From positions 1-21,464 of the forward strand of contig JAQGDQ010002480.1 of NCBI GenBank assembly GCA_030141605.1: a stretch of 21,464 nucleotides of DNA. Direction: 5' to 3'. Below are positions 9,364 to 18,008 of this stretch, piece after piece; the first letter of the stretch is position 1; each line of letters opens with the position of its first letter. The notes under the pieces were generated by a model that saw nothing but the letters and a program-made list of their open reading frames with translations, did not search any database and had not been told where the DNA came from. The DNA is from Tubiluchus corallicola. Lineage: Eukaryota; Animalia; Priapulida. A program made the translations under genes and the position numbers.

Positions 9364-12300
9364 TTATAAATTGAGGTTAAGTCCAAAAATGAAAGTTCGC
9401 GGTTGGGGATATTGCCCTCTATCTACTCCATAAGTCCCATCATAAGCCCCTATTTCAGGGTCAAATCCATCATATTTTGTAATTGTAAATAGGTTTTGAG
9501 CAGTAAAATAAAGTCTCAGTTTTTCTACCCCTATCTTTTTCAAGATATCATCTCCTACCGTATATCCTATTGTAATGTATTTCATGCGAAGATACCCGCC
9601 ATCCATTACATAAAAGTCTGATATGTTTCTATTTCCATTAGGATCATCAACAGACACACGAGGAATGGAGGCGTTTGGGTTTTCAGGAGTCCACCGAGCT
9701 TTAATTGCTTCAAATTGATTATAGCGTGGGTCCAAAAACATTCCTGTGTAGTACATTGTATTTAATGTTTCATTTCCATAGACACCTTGAAAGAATAGGC
9801 TAAAATCAATGCCCTTATATTCTGCTGAAAAGTTAACACCGTAAGTGAGCGATGGAAATCCACTTCCAATATCAGTTCTATCCGCTCCATCTATTTGCCC
9901 ATTTCCATCTACATCTATAAATTTAATATCTCCCGGCTTAGCATTGGGCTGTATTTTTTCTCCATTGCTATTAATATATTCATCTATCTCTTGTTGTGTT
10001 TTAAAAATTCCATCTGTTTTATAACCAAAAAAATGCCCTATGGGCTCTCCCTCTACTGTCCTTGTAACATATGTTCCTCTAAAACTATTTCTATATATCG
10101 CCTCTGTGCCTACTCCCAAAGAAGTCACTTTGTTGTTAACGGTAGCAAAGTTAGCACTAATATCATATTTAAATGGCTTGCTGCGTTCTTTAAACCCTAA
10201 TAAAAACTCAAACCCTGAATTAAGAATTGATCCTGAGTTCACATAGGGAGCTGAGGTGACTCCCGCCGTAGAAGTTATAGGGACTTGCACCAACATATCA
10301 TCTGTTTGCTTTTGATAATAGTCCATTTCCAAATATAACTTATCACTCCAAAGCCCCACATCCACACCAATATTCCACTGGGTCACCACCTCCCATTTTA
10401 TATTAGGGTTGACAATGCCATCTACATATCTTCCAACATGTTCAGTTTCTCCAGTTCCAAATATTAGATAATAGCCATCATCATAGGTTGTGTTTCTAAC
10501 TACATTATAGGTAGGGTAATTATTTCCTATGCTTTGGTTGCCCAATTGTCCCCAACTAGCCCTTAACTTAAATCCACTAACAATATCCTCTACAAGGTTT
10601 TGAAAGAACTTTTCATCAGATATTCTCCAACCTAATGAAAGTGAAGGGAAATAGCCCCATCTGTTTTTTGAAGAGAATTTAGAAGATCCATCAGCTCTTA
10701 AGTTAAAAGAGAAAAGATATTTTCCATCATAACTATAGTTTACACCTCCAAAAAATGACGCCAATGCCCACTCTTCTCTTAAACCTTCCATTTCGGCCAT
10801 ATTCAACCCACCTGACAAATAACGGTTATCCTCTTCTTCATTAGGAAAGTTCATTTTTTTCAATACAATATCCTCTACACTATACGACTCTGCTGACGTA
10901 CCACCTAGTGCAAATATGTAATGTTTATTAAATTTTTTATCATAGGTAATTGTTGTGGTTGACACCCACCTATTCTCTTCAATGTTTTCTATCCTAATTT
11001 CATTATTATTATTAGCTCTTCCTGTTTCTGGAACTATTGGCGAAAACTCTTTTTTTGCCATACTTGTCCAATCATACCCAAAGTCTGTTTTTAGGCTTAT
11101 ATTCTCATTAAGATCGTATTTCAAATAAGCACTACCTAACATGCGTTTAATTTTTCTGTTTTGATCATTTCTTTCTATAATTCCCACAGGGTTTGGAACA
11201 TCACCCCCTAAAATAGCCCCTCCCCAAACTCCATTATCATCATAAACTGGTACATCTGGGTGAAACACCAATGCTGAGTATAGCGCTCCAGAATAGGCAT
11301 TTGTCGTTCCGATAAATTGATTATCCGTTGAAGATATCATCAAGTTTTCTCCAAATTTCAAATTTTTCAGAATTTCATGTTCAGAATTAATTCTTAAATT
11401 AAAACGCTCATAGTTTGTGTTCTTTAAAATCCCATTTTGATTAAGATACCCTGCCGAAAGCATATATGCAGAGATGTCATTGCCTCCCGACAAGCTCATG
11501 TCATAGTTTGAAATATATGCTCCATAGTTAAATATTTCATCTTGCCAAAAGGTTCGTGTTTGTTGTGCTTCATCAGAAGAGTAATAGTTAGGGATCTCTT
11601 GCCCTGAGTTTTCATATCCTTCGGTATGAATAAGATTTCTACCCTGTGCATTCAACACATCTATTGTTTTAGATGGCGATTGTACTCCGTGCGTTGTATT
11701 AAAGGATAGCTTTATTTTATCGCTTTTAGCACCCTCTTTGGTGGTGATTATCACTACACCATTGGCTCCTCTAGAACCATAAATGGCAGCAGAGGCGGCA
11801 TCTTTCAAAACACTTATACTTTCAATATTGTTAGGATTTATCTCCGCAATGCTAAGCACAGGCATCCCATCTACAATATAAAGAGGATTATTATCTCCAG
11901 TCGTTCCAAGTCCTCTAATTCTTATATCAGCAGTTCCTCCTGGCTCTCCGCTGTTTTGCACTACTGTTACTCCTGCTGCTCTCCCCTGCATAGAGTGTTC
12001 AACTCCCGTTGTAAGTATATCTTCCATTTCATTAGAACTTATGCTAGATATACTTCCTGTAATATCCGCCTTTTCTTGTGTGCTATACCCAACAACAATG
12101 AGCTCTTGAAGCTCTTTTACATCATCTGACATAACAATATCAAGCTTTGTTCTACTATTTACATTTTCCGTAACAGAAGTAAATCCCACCGCTGTAAACA
12201 CTAAAACACTATTTTCAGGAACAGTTAACGAATAATTGCCATCTATATTTGAAACTGTACCTACATTTGTACCTTCAATAGCAACATTTACGCCAGGTAG

Positions 12301-12420
12301 TCCTTCACCCGTATTATCTGCAATTTTACCTTTAACAGTAATTGAGTTCTGTGCAAAAACACTTCCTACTGTTGTTAATAAAATCAAGAAAAACAAAAAT
12401 GGAGATTGGTAGTGTGCCAT
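9364..12420 (-). CDS. susC: SusC/RagA-family TonB-dependent transporter (susC2)
   Basis: Signal peptide, N-terminal extension, VVGYSTQ...ITGSIS, IRIRG, PLYIVDG, INPNNIESISVLKDAASAAIYGSRGANGVVIITTK, RADGSSKF, WGYFPS, IKWE, GFDPE, YPQPRTFIFGLNLNL. Confidence 0.96.
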   Translation of the reverse strand: MAHYQSPFLFFLILLTTVGSVFAQNSITVKGKIADNTGEGLPGVNVAIEGTNVGTVSNIDGNYSLTVPENSVLVFTAVGFTSVTENVNSRTKLDIVMSDDVKELQELIVVGYSTQEKADITGSISSISSNEMEDILTTGVEHSMQGRAAGVTVVQNSGEPGGTADIRIRGLGTTGDNNPLYIVDGMPVLSIAEINPNNIESISVLKDAASAAIYGSRGANGVVIITTKEGAKSDKIKLSFNTTHGVQSPSKTIDVLNAQGRNLIHTEGYENSGQEIPNYYSSDEAQQTRTFWQDEIFNYGAYISNYDMSLSGGNDISAYMLSAGYLNQNGILKNTNYERFNLRINSEHEILKNLKFGENLMISSTDNQFIGTTNAYSGALYSALVFHPDVPVYDDNGVWGGAILGGDVPNPVGIIERNDQNRKIKRMLGSAYLKYDLNENISLKTDFGYDWTSMAKKEFSPIVPETGRANNNNEIRIENIEENRWVSTTTITYDKKFNKHYIFALGGTSAESYSVEDIVLKKMNFPNEEEDNRYLSGGLNMAEMEGLREEWALASFFGGVNYSYDGKYLFSFNLRADGSSKFSSKNRWGYFPSLSLGWRISDEKFFQNLVEDIVSGFKLRASWGQLGNQSIGNNYPTYNVVRNTTYDDGYYLIFGTGETEHVGRYVDGIVNPNIKWEVVTQWNIGVDVGLWSDKLYLEMDYYQKQTDDMLVQVPITSTAGVTSAPYVNSGSILNSGFEFLLGFKERSKPFKYDISANFATVNNKVTSLGVGTEAIYRNSFRGTYVTRTVEGEPIGHFFGYKTDGIFKTQQEIDEYINSNGEKIQPNAKPGDIKFIDVDGNGQIDGADRTDIGSGFPSLTYGVNFSAEYKGIDFSLFFQGVYGNETLNTMYYTGMFLDPRYNQFEAIKARWTPENPNASIPRVSVDDPNGNRNISDFYVMDGGYLRMKYITIGYTVGDDILKKIGVEKLRLYFTAQNLFTITKYDGFDPEIGAYDGTYGVDRGQYPQPRTFIFGLNLNL

Positions 12421-12527
12421 ACTTTGTAAATTTTAATTGAAATAATAGCTTTAACAATGTGATACTCATCTATGTATTTTAAAATATGCTAAATAATTCG
12501 CCAATACAATAGAGCTTCATAAGGTAA

Positions 12528-12557
12528 CAAAGTTAGCTAAATTTTTAAATAATCAAA
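12528..12557 (-). promoter_or_regulatory. Bacteroidetes housekeeping-sigma promoter for susC2
   Basis: Minus strand TTTG (12557-12554), 18-nt spacer, TAACTTTG (12535-12528); exact match to the TTTG / TAnnTTTG consensus, about 107 nt upstream of the susC2 ATG. Confidence 0.6.
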
Positions 12558-12579
12558 ATAGGTTTAATAATATTTAGCT

Positions 12580-12587
12580 TATATTTG
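12580..12587 (+). promoter_or_regulatory. Candidate -7 element for the metallophosphoesterase gene
   Basis: TATATTTG matches TAnnTTTG, 83 nt upstream of ATG 12671. No exact -33 TTTG seen. Confidence 0.45.
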
Positions 12588-12602
12588 TCTTTTTTAATGT
12601 TG

Positions 12603-12635
12603 ATAAAACACAATCAACAATTGATTGTGTTTTAT
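12603..12635. promoter_or_regulatory. Perfect 15-3-15 inverted repeat, candidate operator or 5'-UTR hairpin
   Basis: ATAAAACACAATCAA-CAA-TTGATTGTGTTTTAT in the divergent susC2/metallophosphoesterase intergenic region. The palindrome is certain; its role is inferred. Confidence 0.6.
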
Positions 12636-12670
12636 TTGAAATAAAAAGTTAAAAAAGTAAAAATTCTCCT

Positions 12671-13885
12671 ATGTATTTTATACTAATTATCATTGCATTA
12701 GACACGTATATCTTTTTTTCATATAAGAATTTTTTTCTAAAACATCACTTGTGGCATTTGCTCTGGTGGGCTGTCACCGTTGGGGCTATCCTTTGCGGCA
12801 TTATTATAACAATGTATTTCTATGTTACTCCTTACAGAGATTTTATAATTAACTTTATTGTCATATTTTACATTCCTAAACTAGCTGCCATAACTCCTCT
12901 ATTGTTAAATAATATTTGGAAAGGGACTGTCTATGTAAAAAAAAATCTCTATAAAAGTTCGCGAAAATTTGATACTGATCAAAAAAAAATAACCCGAGCA
13001 AGTTTTTTGAAAAAAAGTGCAGTGATTGTAGGAGGCATGTCTTTTGTAGGTTTAAATTACGGCTGGATGTTTGGTGGATATAACTACCAACTACATAAAC
13101 ATCAAATCTTTTTCCCTAATCTTCCTCGTGCTTTTAATGGTTTAAAAATAGCACAATTTTCAGATTTTCATCTTGGCAGTTTGCGTTATAATAAAAAGGC
13201 TGTAAAAAAAGGTATTGATATGGTTTTGCAAGAGAAGCCTGATATTATTTTCATCACAGGTGATATAATAAATCACGAATCAAGCGAAATAATTGAATTT
13301 ATCCCGTTGTTATCAAATATTCAAGCACCTTTAGGGATCTATTCTGTTTTAGGAAATCATGATTACAGCATGTATAAGCATTGGGATAGTGATGAAGAGC
13401 GAGAACAAGATTTCAAAAATTTAATTAACATTCAAAAAGAAAGTTTAAACTGGAACTTGCTTCTTAACGAAAATAAAATCATAGAACGTAGGAATGAAAA
13501 AATTGCTATTATTGGTAGCGAAAATTGGGGAAAAGGGCGTTTTGCTAAACATGGAAACTTATTAAAGGCTTGTCAAAACACACAAACAGCTCCCTTTAAA
13601 ATATTGTTATCTCACGATCCAAGCCACTGGACACATAAAGTGACTAGTATTTTCAAAGATATTGACATTACTTTTTCAGGACACACACATGGTTTTCAAA
13701 TGGGCATACAAATTGGAAGATATGAATGGAGCCCATCTAAATATATGTATAAACATTGGGCGGGATTATATAAAGAAGGAAATCAATATTTATATGTGAA
13801 CAGGGGTTTTGGTTTTATTGGATATTTGGGACGCGTAGGGATTTCGCCTGAGGTGACTATTGTAGAATTAAATTGTGCTATTTAG
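12671..13885 (+). CDS. Membrane-anchored calcineurin-like metallophosphoesterase (YkuE/YaeI-like)
   Basis: N-terminal hydrophobic helices; motifs SDFHLG, TGDIIN, LGNHDY, LLSHDP, SGHTHG, LYVNRGFG. Confidence 0.9.
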   Translation: MYFILIIIALDTYIFFSYKNFFLKHHLWHLLWWAVTVGAILCGIIITMYFYVTPYRDFIINFIVIFYIPKLAAITPLLLNNIWKGTVYVKKNLYKSSRKFDTDQKKITRASFLKKSAVIVGGMSFVGLNYGWMFGGYNYQLHKHQIFFPNLPRAFNGLKIAQFSDFHLGSLRYNKKAVKKGIDMVLQEKPDIIFITGDIINHESSEIIEFIPLLSNIQAPLGIYSVLGNHDYSMYKHWDSDEEREQDFKNLINIQKESLNWNLLLNENKIIERRNEKIAIIGSENWGKGRFAKHGNLLKACQNTQTAPFKILLSHDPSHWTHKVTSIFKDIDITFSGHTHGFQMGIQIGRYEWSPSKYMYKHWAGLYKEGNQYLYVNRGFGFIGYLGRVGISPEVTIVELNCAI

Positions 13886-13888
13886 CAA

Positions 13889-14302
13889 TTAAAGATATTT
13901 GCAAAGAATATACCTATTGTAGGCTCCTTCTTTTTTGTAATCTATAAAGTCCATAATCTTGCTTACAAGAATAAGCCCTATTCCTCCTTTACGCCTTTCT
14001 TGTAATATTTTGGACAAATGAGGTGGAACATATTTTGTGACATCAAACCCTTGACTTTCATCTATTACTTCGAATAGTATTTTTTCATTGGCTCTTACGT
14101 CTATACGCACTTCAAACGAATTGGTGGCATCTATAGCAGCATTAGAGTGAATTATAACATTGGCACATATTTCATCTACTGCCAACACTAATGCGTTTCT
14201 GGTTATTTCATTTTGGACTACAGGGTGTAACAATTTCTCAACATATTTCCTTACATCAGCAAGCATTGTTTTTGTTCTTGGCACTCTAATTTTATATCTC
14301 AT
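13889..14302 (-). CDS. RsbW/SpoIIAB-like anti-sigma factor Ser kinase (HATPase_c_2)
   Basis: LAVDEICANVIIH (N box), IDESQGFD (G1), GGIGLILVSKIMD (G2). Overlaps the upstream STAS gene by 11 nt. Confidence 0.88.
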   Translation of the reverse strand: MRYKIRVPRTKTMLADVRKYVEKLLHPVVQNEITRNALVLAVDEICANVIIHSNAAIDATNSFEVRIDVRANEKILFEVIDESQGFDVTKYVPPHLSKILQERRKGGIGLILVSKIMDFIDYKKEGAYNRYILCKYL

Positions 14303-14651
14303 TTTCTATAGCCTTGTTAAATATTAGGTTAGCACTCTCTTCATCTTTTGCTAACATCATCACTTGGTTTAATCCTAGTATTTCAAAAACATGTAACACT
14401 TTTTCGCTTAATCCCAAAACTACCATTTTAATATTTTTCTCTTCTAACTCACGAATATAAGAAGCGAAAACCCCTAACCCTGCCGAAGAAATATATTCTA
14501 ACTCACGGCAATCAATAAGCAACTTGTTGTGCATCAGGCCTCCTTTGTAAATAGCTTTATCTAATAGTATAGAAGAATTAGCGTCTATTTCTCCTTTCAC
14601 ACATATTTTGTAAATACCGTTTTTTTGTAATTCAGACTTTATATCTAGCAT
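14292..14651 (-). CDS. STAS-domain anti-anti-sigma factor (RsbV/SpoIIAA-like)
   Basis: GEIDA, LEYISSAGLGVF (phospho-acceptor Ser motif), VFEILGL. ATG 14651 gives a normal 119-aa STAS protein; the track's 14693 start adds an atypical N-terminus. Confidence 0.88.
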   Translation of the reverse strand: MLDIKSELQKNGIYKICVKGEIDANSSILLDKAIYKGGLMHNKLLIDCRELEYISSAGLGVFASYIRELEEKNIKMVVLGLSEKVLHVFEILGLNQVMMLAKDEESANLIFNKAIENEI

Positions 14652-14818
14652 ATTATTTATTTTATAACTTGACCTAAAGGAGGTTCCAAACATAAAGATA
14701 GCTAAAATTACATTTTTTCTTATTTGATTTTCATTTTTTTAATATTTAATTTGCAAATAAGAAACGTAAAAAAAAAAAATTATTGCTAAATTTAAATTCA
14801 ACGAACAAAATTTTGTTA

Positions 14819-14858
14819 CTTATTTAAACAAAACAACAAATGACATATTCAACTCTAC
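14819..14858 (+). repeat. Left copy of a perfect 40-bp inverted repeat (partner 21425-21464)
   Basis: CTTATTTAAACAAAACAACAAATGACATATTCAACTCTAC equals the reverse complement of 21425-21464, 40/40 by base-by-base comparison. Confidence 0.95.
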
Positions 14859-14859
14859 A

Positions 14860-15734
14860 ATGACAATTATAGATGGAAAACAAACATCAAAAGCACTATT
14901 ACATGAAATAGCAGAGAAGGGAAAAGAAGTAAAGCGAAAAATAGGAAGACCGCCACATTTAGCAGCTATTTTAGTTGGTAATGATGGAGGGAGTGAGACT
15001 TATGTTGCTCATAAAATAAAAGCATGCCAACGAGCGGGCTTTGACTCTACACTTAGAAAATTTGATGACACAATTACAGAAAATCAGTTGCTTGAAGAGA
15101 TAGAGCAATTGAACACCAATGATAATGTTGATGGATTTATTGTTCAATTGCCACTGCCTAAGCATGTTTCTGTGGACAAAGTTATAGGAGCAATTCGGCC
15201 AGAAAAAGATGTAGATGGCTTTCATCCCATTAACGTTGGCAAAATGACAAAGGATATGCCCTGTTACATTTCAGCTACACCTTTTGGAATATTAAAATTA
15301 TTGGAGGCATATAAAATTGAAACACAGGAAAGCATTGTGTAATTATAGGAAGAAGCGACATTGTGGGCTCTCCTTTAAGTATATTATTATCAAAAAAGAA
15401 ATATCCAGGCAATTGTACAGTTACTCTTTGCCATAGCAGAACTAAAAATATTGCAGAATTGTCTATGCAAGGAGATATCGTAGTGGCAGCACTTGGCATT
15501 CCAGAGTTTTTGACGGCAGATATGGTTAAAGAAGGTGCTGTTGTAATTGATGTAGGAACGACAAGAGTAGCAGATGCTTCTAAAAAAAGCGGCTTTGCTC
15601 TAAAAGGAGATGTAAAGTTTGATGAAGTAGCTGAAAAATGCAGTTACATAACCCCTGTACCAGGAGGAGTAGGACCAATGACTATTGCCTCTTTGCTATG
15701 GAATACATTACTTGCATCGCAAAAATCTATTTAA
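14860..15734 (+). CDS. folD: Bifunctional methylenetetrahydrofolate dehydrogenase/cyclohydrolase, one apparent -1 frameshift near 15327
   Basis: [75 protein letters not shown]. Adding one base in ACACAGGAAAG restores [17 protein letters not shown] and a 291-aa protein. Confidence 0.95.
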
Positions 15735-15759
15735 TTATTTCATTAAAGAAAATTCAATA

Positions 15760-17941
15760 ATGAACATAGCTTTCCATTTACCTTCAAAACTAGCAAGACC
15801 TCAATTTATATTTACTCTTTTATTTTGTTGTTGTTTTCAATTTACAACAGTAAAAGCACAAATAATAAGATGTAGTACCCCTCCACCAGGCGATGAGTTT
15901 GAAGAATGGTTTGCACGAAAACAGAGAGAATATAGGCTTTTGCCTGAGGAGTTGCGAAGGCAGCGAGAAAACGAAGAGAGAATTATCCCTGTGGTTGTTC
16001 ATGTAATCCACAATGGAGAGGAAGAAGGAACGGAGACAAATATTCCCAAAACACAAATTTTGTCACAAATAGAGGTTTTAAACAATGATTTTCAACGTTT
16101 GAACCAAGATGCTGAACGTACAAGAGATGACTTTAAGCCAAGAGCAAAAGCTATGAATATTAAATTTGAGCTTGCTAAACAGACACCAGAAGGAGATGTC
16201 ACTGATGGTATTGTAAGAAAGCAAGGACCTAAAGCAACCTATAATACTTTTGATATAGCTTTGCATAATACCAGTAGGTGGGATCCTGAAGAATATTTAA
16301 ATATTTGGGTTGCTAATTTATCCTCTTCTGATGGGGGGGCTATTTTAGGTTATGCAATGTTTCCACCTCCTGTAGATGGTTTGGGTGGCTTACCACCAGC
16401 ATATGATGGTGCTTTCGATGGTGTGGTAATATCCTATCGTGCATTTGGAACGTCTGATAAAGGAAATTTTGATTTGTACCCTGGTTTTGAGAAAGGAAGA
16501 ACATTAGTACATGAGGTAGGACACTTTTTTGGATTACGACATATTTGGGGAGATGAGGATAATTGTAGTGCCTCTGATTTTGTTGAAGATACCCCCCTAA
16601 TGAGAACAAGTACACAGGGTTGCCCATATCCTACTGAACCTGTTTCCTGTACAGAAAAAGATATGTATGAAAATTACTTAGATTATAGCTACGATACTTG
16701 TCTTAATCTTTTTACAGAAGGGCAGGTAGAAAGAATGAATATTGTTTTAGAAAAATCAGAAGTGAGGCAAAAGCTTTTAGATTCAAGGGAAATATCCACC
16801 AATTTTGGGGATGACTGTGTTGTCGCCAAGCAACTTGTTTTGCAATAGCAGTCAAAATATTATATTGAAATTAGAGAACCTTGGAGAAAATAAAATAGAA
16901 AATATAGAAGTAAAGACATATATTGATAATGAGCTCCAATATACCAGTAACTTGGAAGCCTTGGAAATAGGAGCGGAAGAAGAACTAACAATATCAAAAC
17001 CCCATTTGTTTGAACAAAAACAAGGCGCAATAGAGTGTCAATTTAAGGCTACTTATAGAAGAGAAGGGGAAATAGATGATATGCTTAATGTTATTGAAAG
17101 AAATGTATATAATGATGAAGTTGAATTGACTTCCCCAGAAAAGGAAGACTTTGAAGTGGAGTCTATTGAAAAGTTGAAGTGGAAAGTATTGGATAGCGAT
17201 TTTGCTGTTGATAAAGAGATATGGTCACTGGAAAAATTGACAATAGATAATGCAGAGCAAACGGTCATTAAAGCAGGTCTCTTCTTATCAGCCCAAATAG
17301 GAGAAAACTTTCTGTTAATATCTCCCCCAATAGATATGTCTTTTGCCACTGAAGCCTCTTTGCGTTTTAAAACTTTTTATGCCCCTTTTGAAGACAGAGA
17401 TATTTCTAGCTTGTCTGTTTATATGTCCTCCAACTGTGAAGAAACGTTTGTAGAGCAAGCAAAAATTGAAAAAAATGATTTAAACTCTTCTAATAATATT
17501 GAACAATACGGTATTAACGAATCGTCAAACTGGAAAACACATATTGTAGATATAAATGAGTTTGCAGGAAGTAGCGCCGTGAGAGTAATGTTTGTTATAA
17601 ACGACAAGAAAATAAAAGATGATATTTATTTTGATGATATAGAGTTTTTTCAAACATCAAAAGATAAAATCATTGACGATATACCGCTGTCAGACATACG
17701 TGTTTTTCCTAATCCATCAGAAAGCAAAAACATACAGGTAGCTTTTAATCTATCAAAAAAGCAAGATGTGAAAGTAGTTATTTATTCTCTTGACAATAAA
17801 GAAGTTTTTGAAAAAACATTTCCAGAAACATTAAATCAAACATATAAAATAGAACTGCCTAGTATATATCAAGGAATTTATATATTAAAAACATTTGATG
17901 AACAAAATTTTACACAAACAAGAAAAATTATTATATTGTAG
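15760..17941 (+). CDS. M43 (pappalysin/ulilysin-like) zinc metalloprotease with adhesin-like middle domain and T9SS C-terminal sorting domain; one frameshift within 16781-16848
   Basis: Signal peptide from ATG 15760, pro-segment RC, IPVVVHVIH, YLNIWV, ILGYAMFP, GRTLVHEVGHFFGLRHIWGD, NYLDY, FTEGQVERM. The second ORF (16805-17941) lacks a signal peptide and ends in VFPNPS...GIYILK...RKIIIL (T9SS CTD). Removing 1 nt fuses the two into about 726 aa. Confidence 0.85.
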
Positions 17942-18008
17942 CGTTGGAATATTAAAGAACGTTCTATAACTTAGCTCTTGCTAAAATGATAATTTTATAA
18001 ACTTAAAA

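Noticed and set aside
12989-13015. Tat-like motif ITRASFLKK in the metallophosphoesterase
   Set aside because: It is internal (about residue 107), has a single Arg and follows transmembrane helices; not enough to call a Tat signal.
14819-14858. Shared riboswitch (glycine or ZTP type) upstream of folD and kbl
   Set aside because: The shared sequence is short, AT-rich, has no evident base-pairing and includes kbl coding codons, so it is a copied DNA segment rather than an aptamer.
15320-15345. Programmed ribosomal frameshifting in folD, kbl or susC1
   Set aside because: No consistent slippery heptamer with a downstream structure; indels have mixed sign and five occur within about 240 bp of kbl, which fits sequencing error.
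17956-18000. Palindrome AGAACGTTCT and Fur/PerR-like TGATAATTTTATAA upstream of the peroxidase
   Set aside because: Spacing does not fit a 7-1-7 box and such matches are expected by chance in AT-rich DNA.
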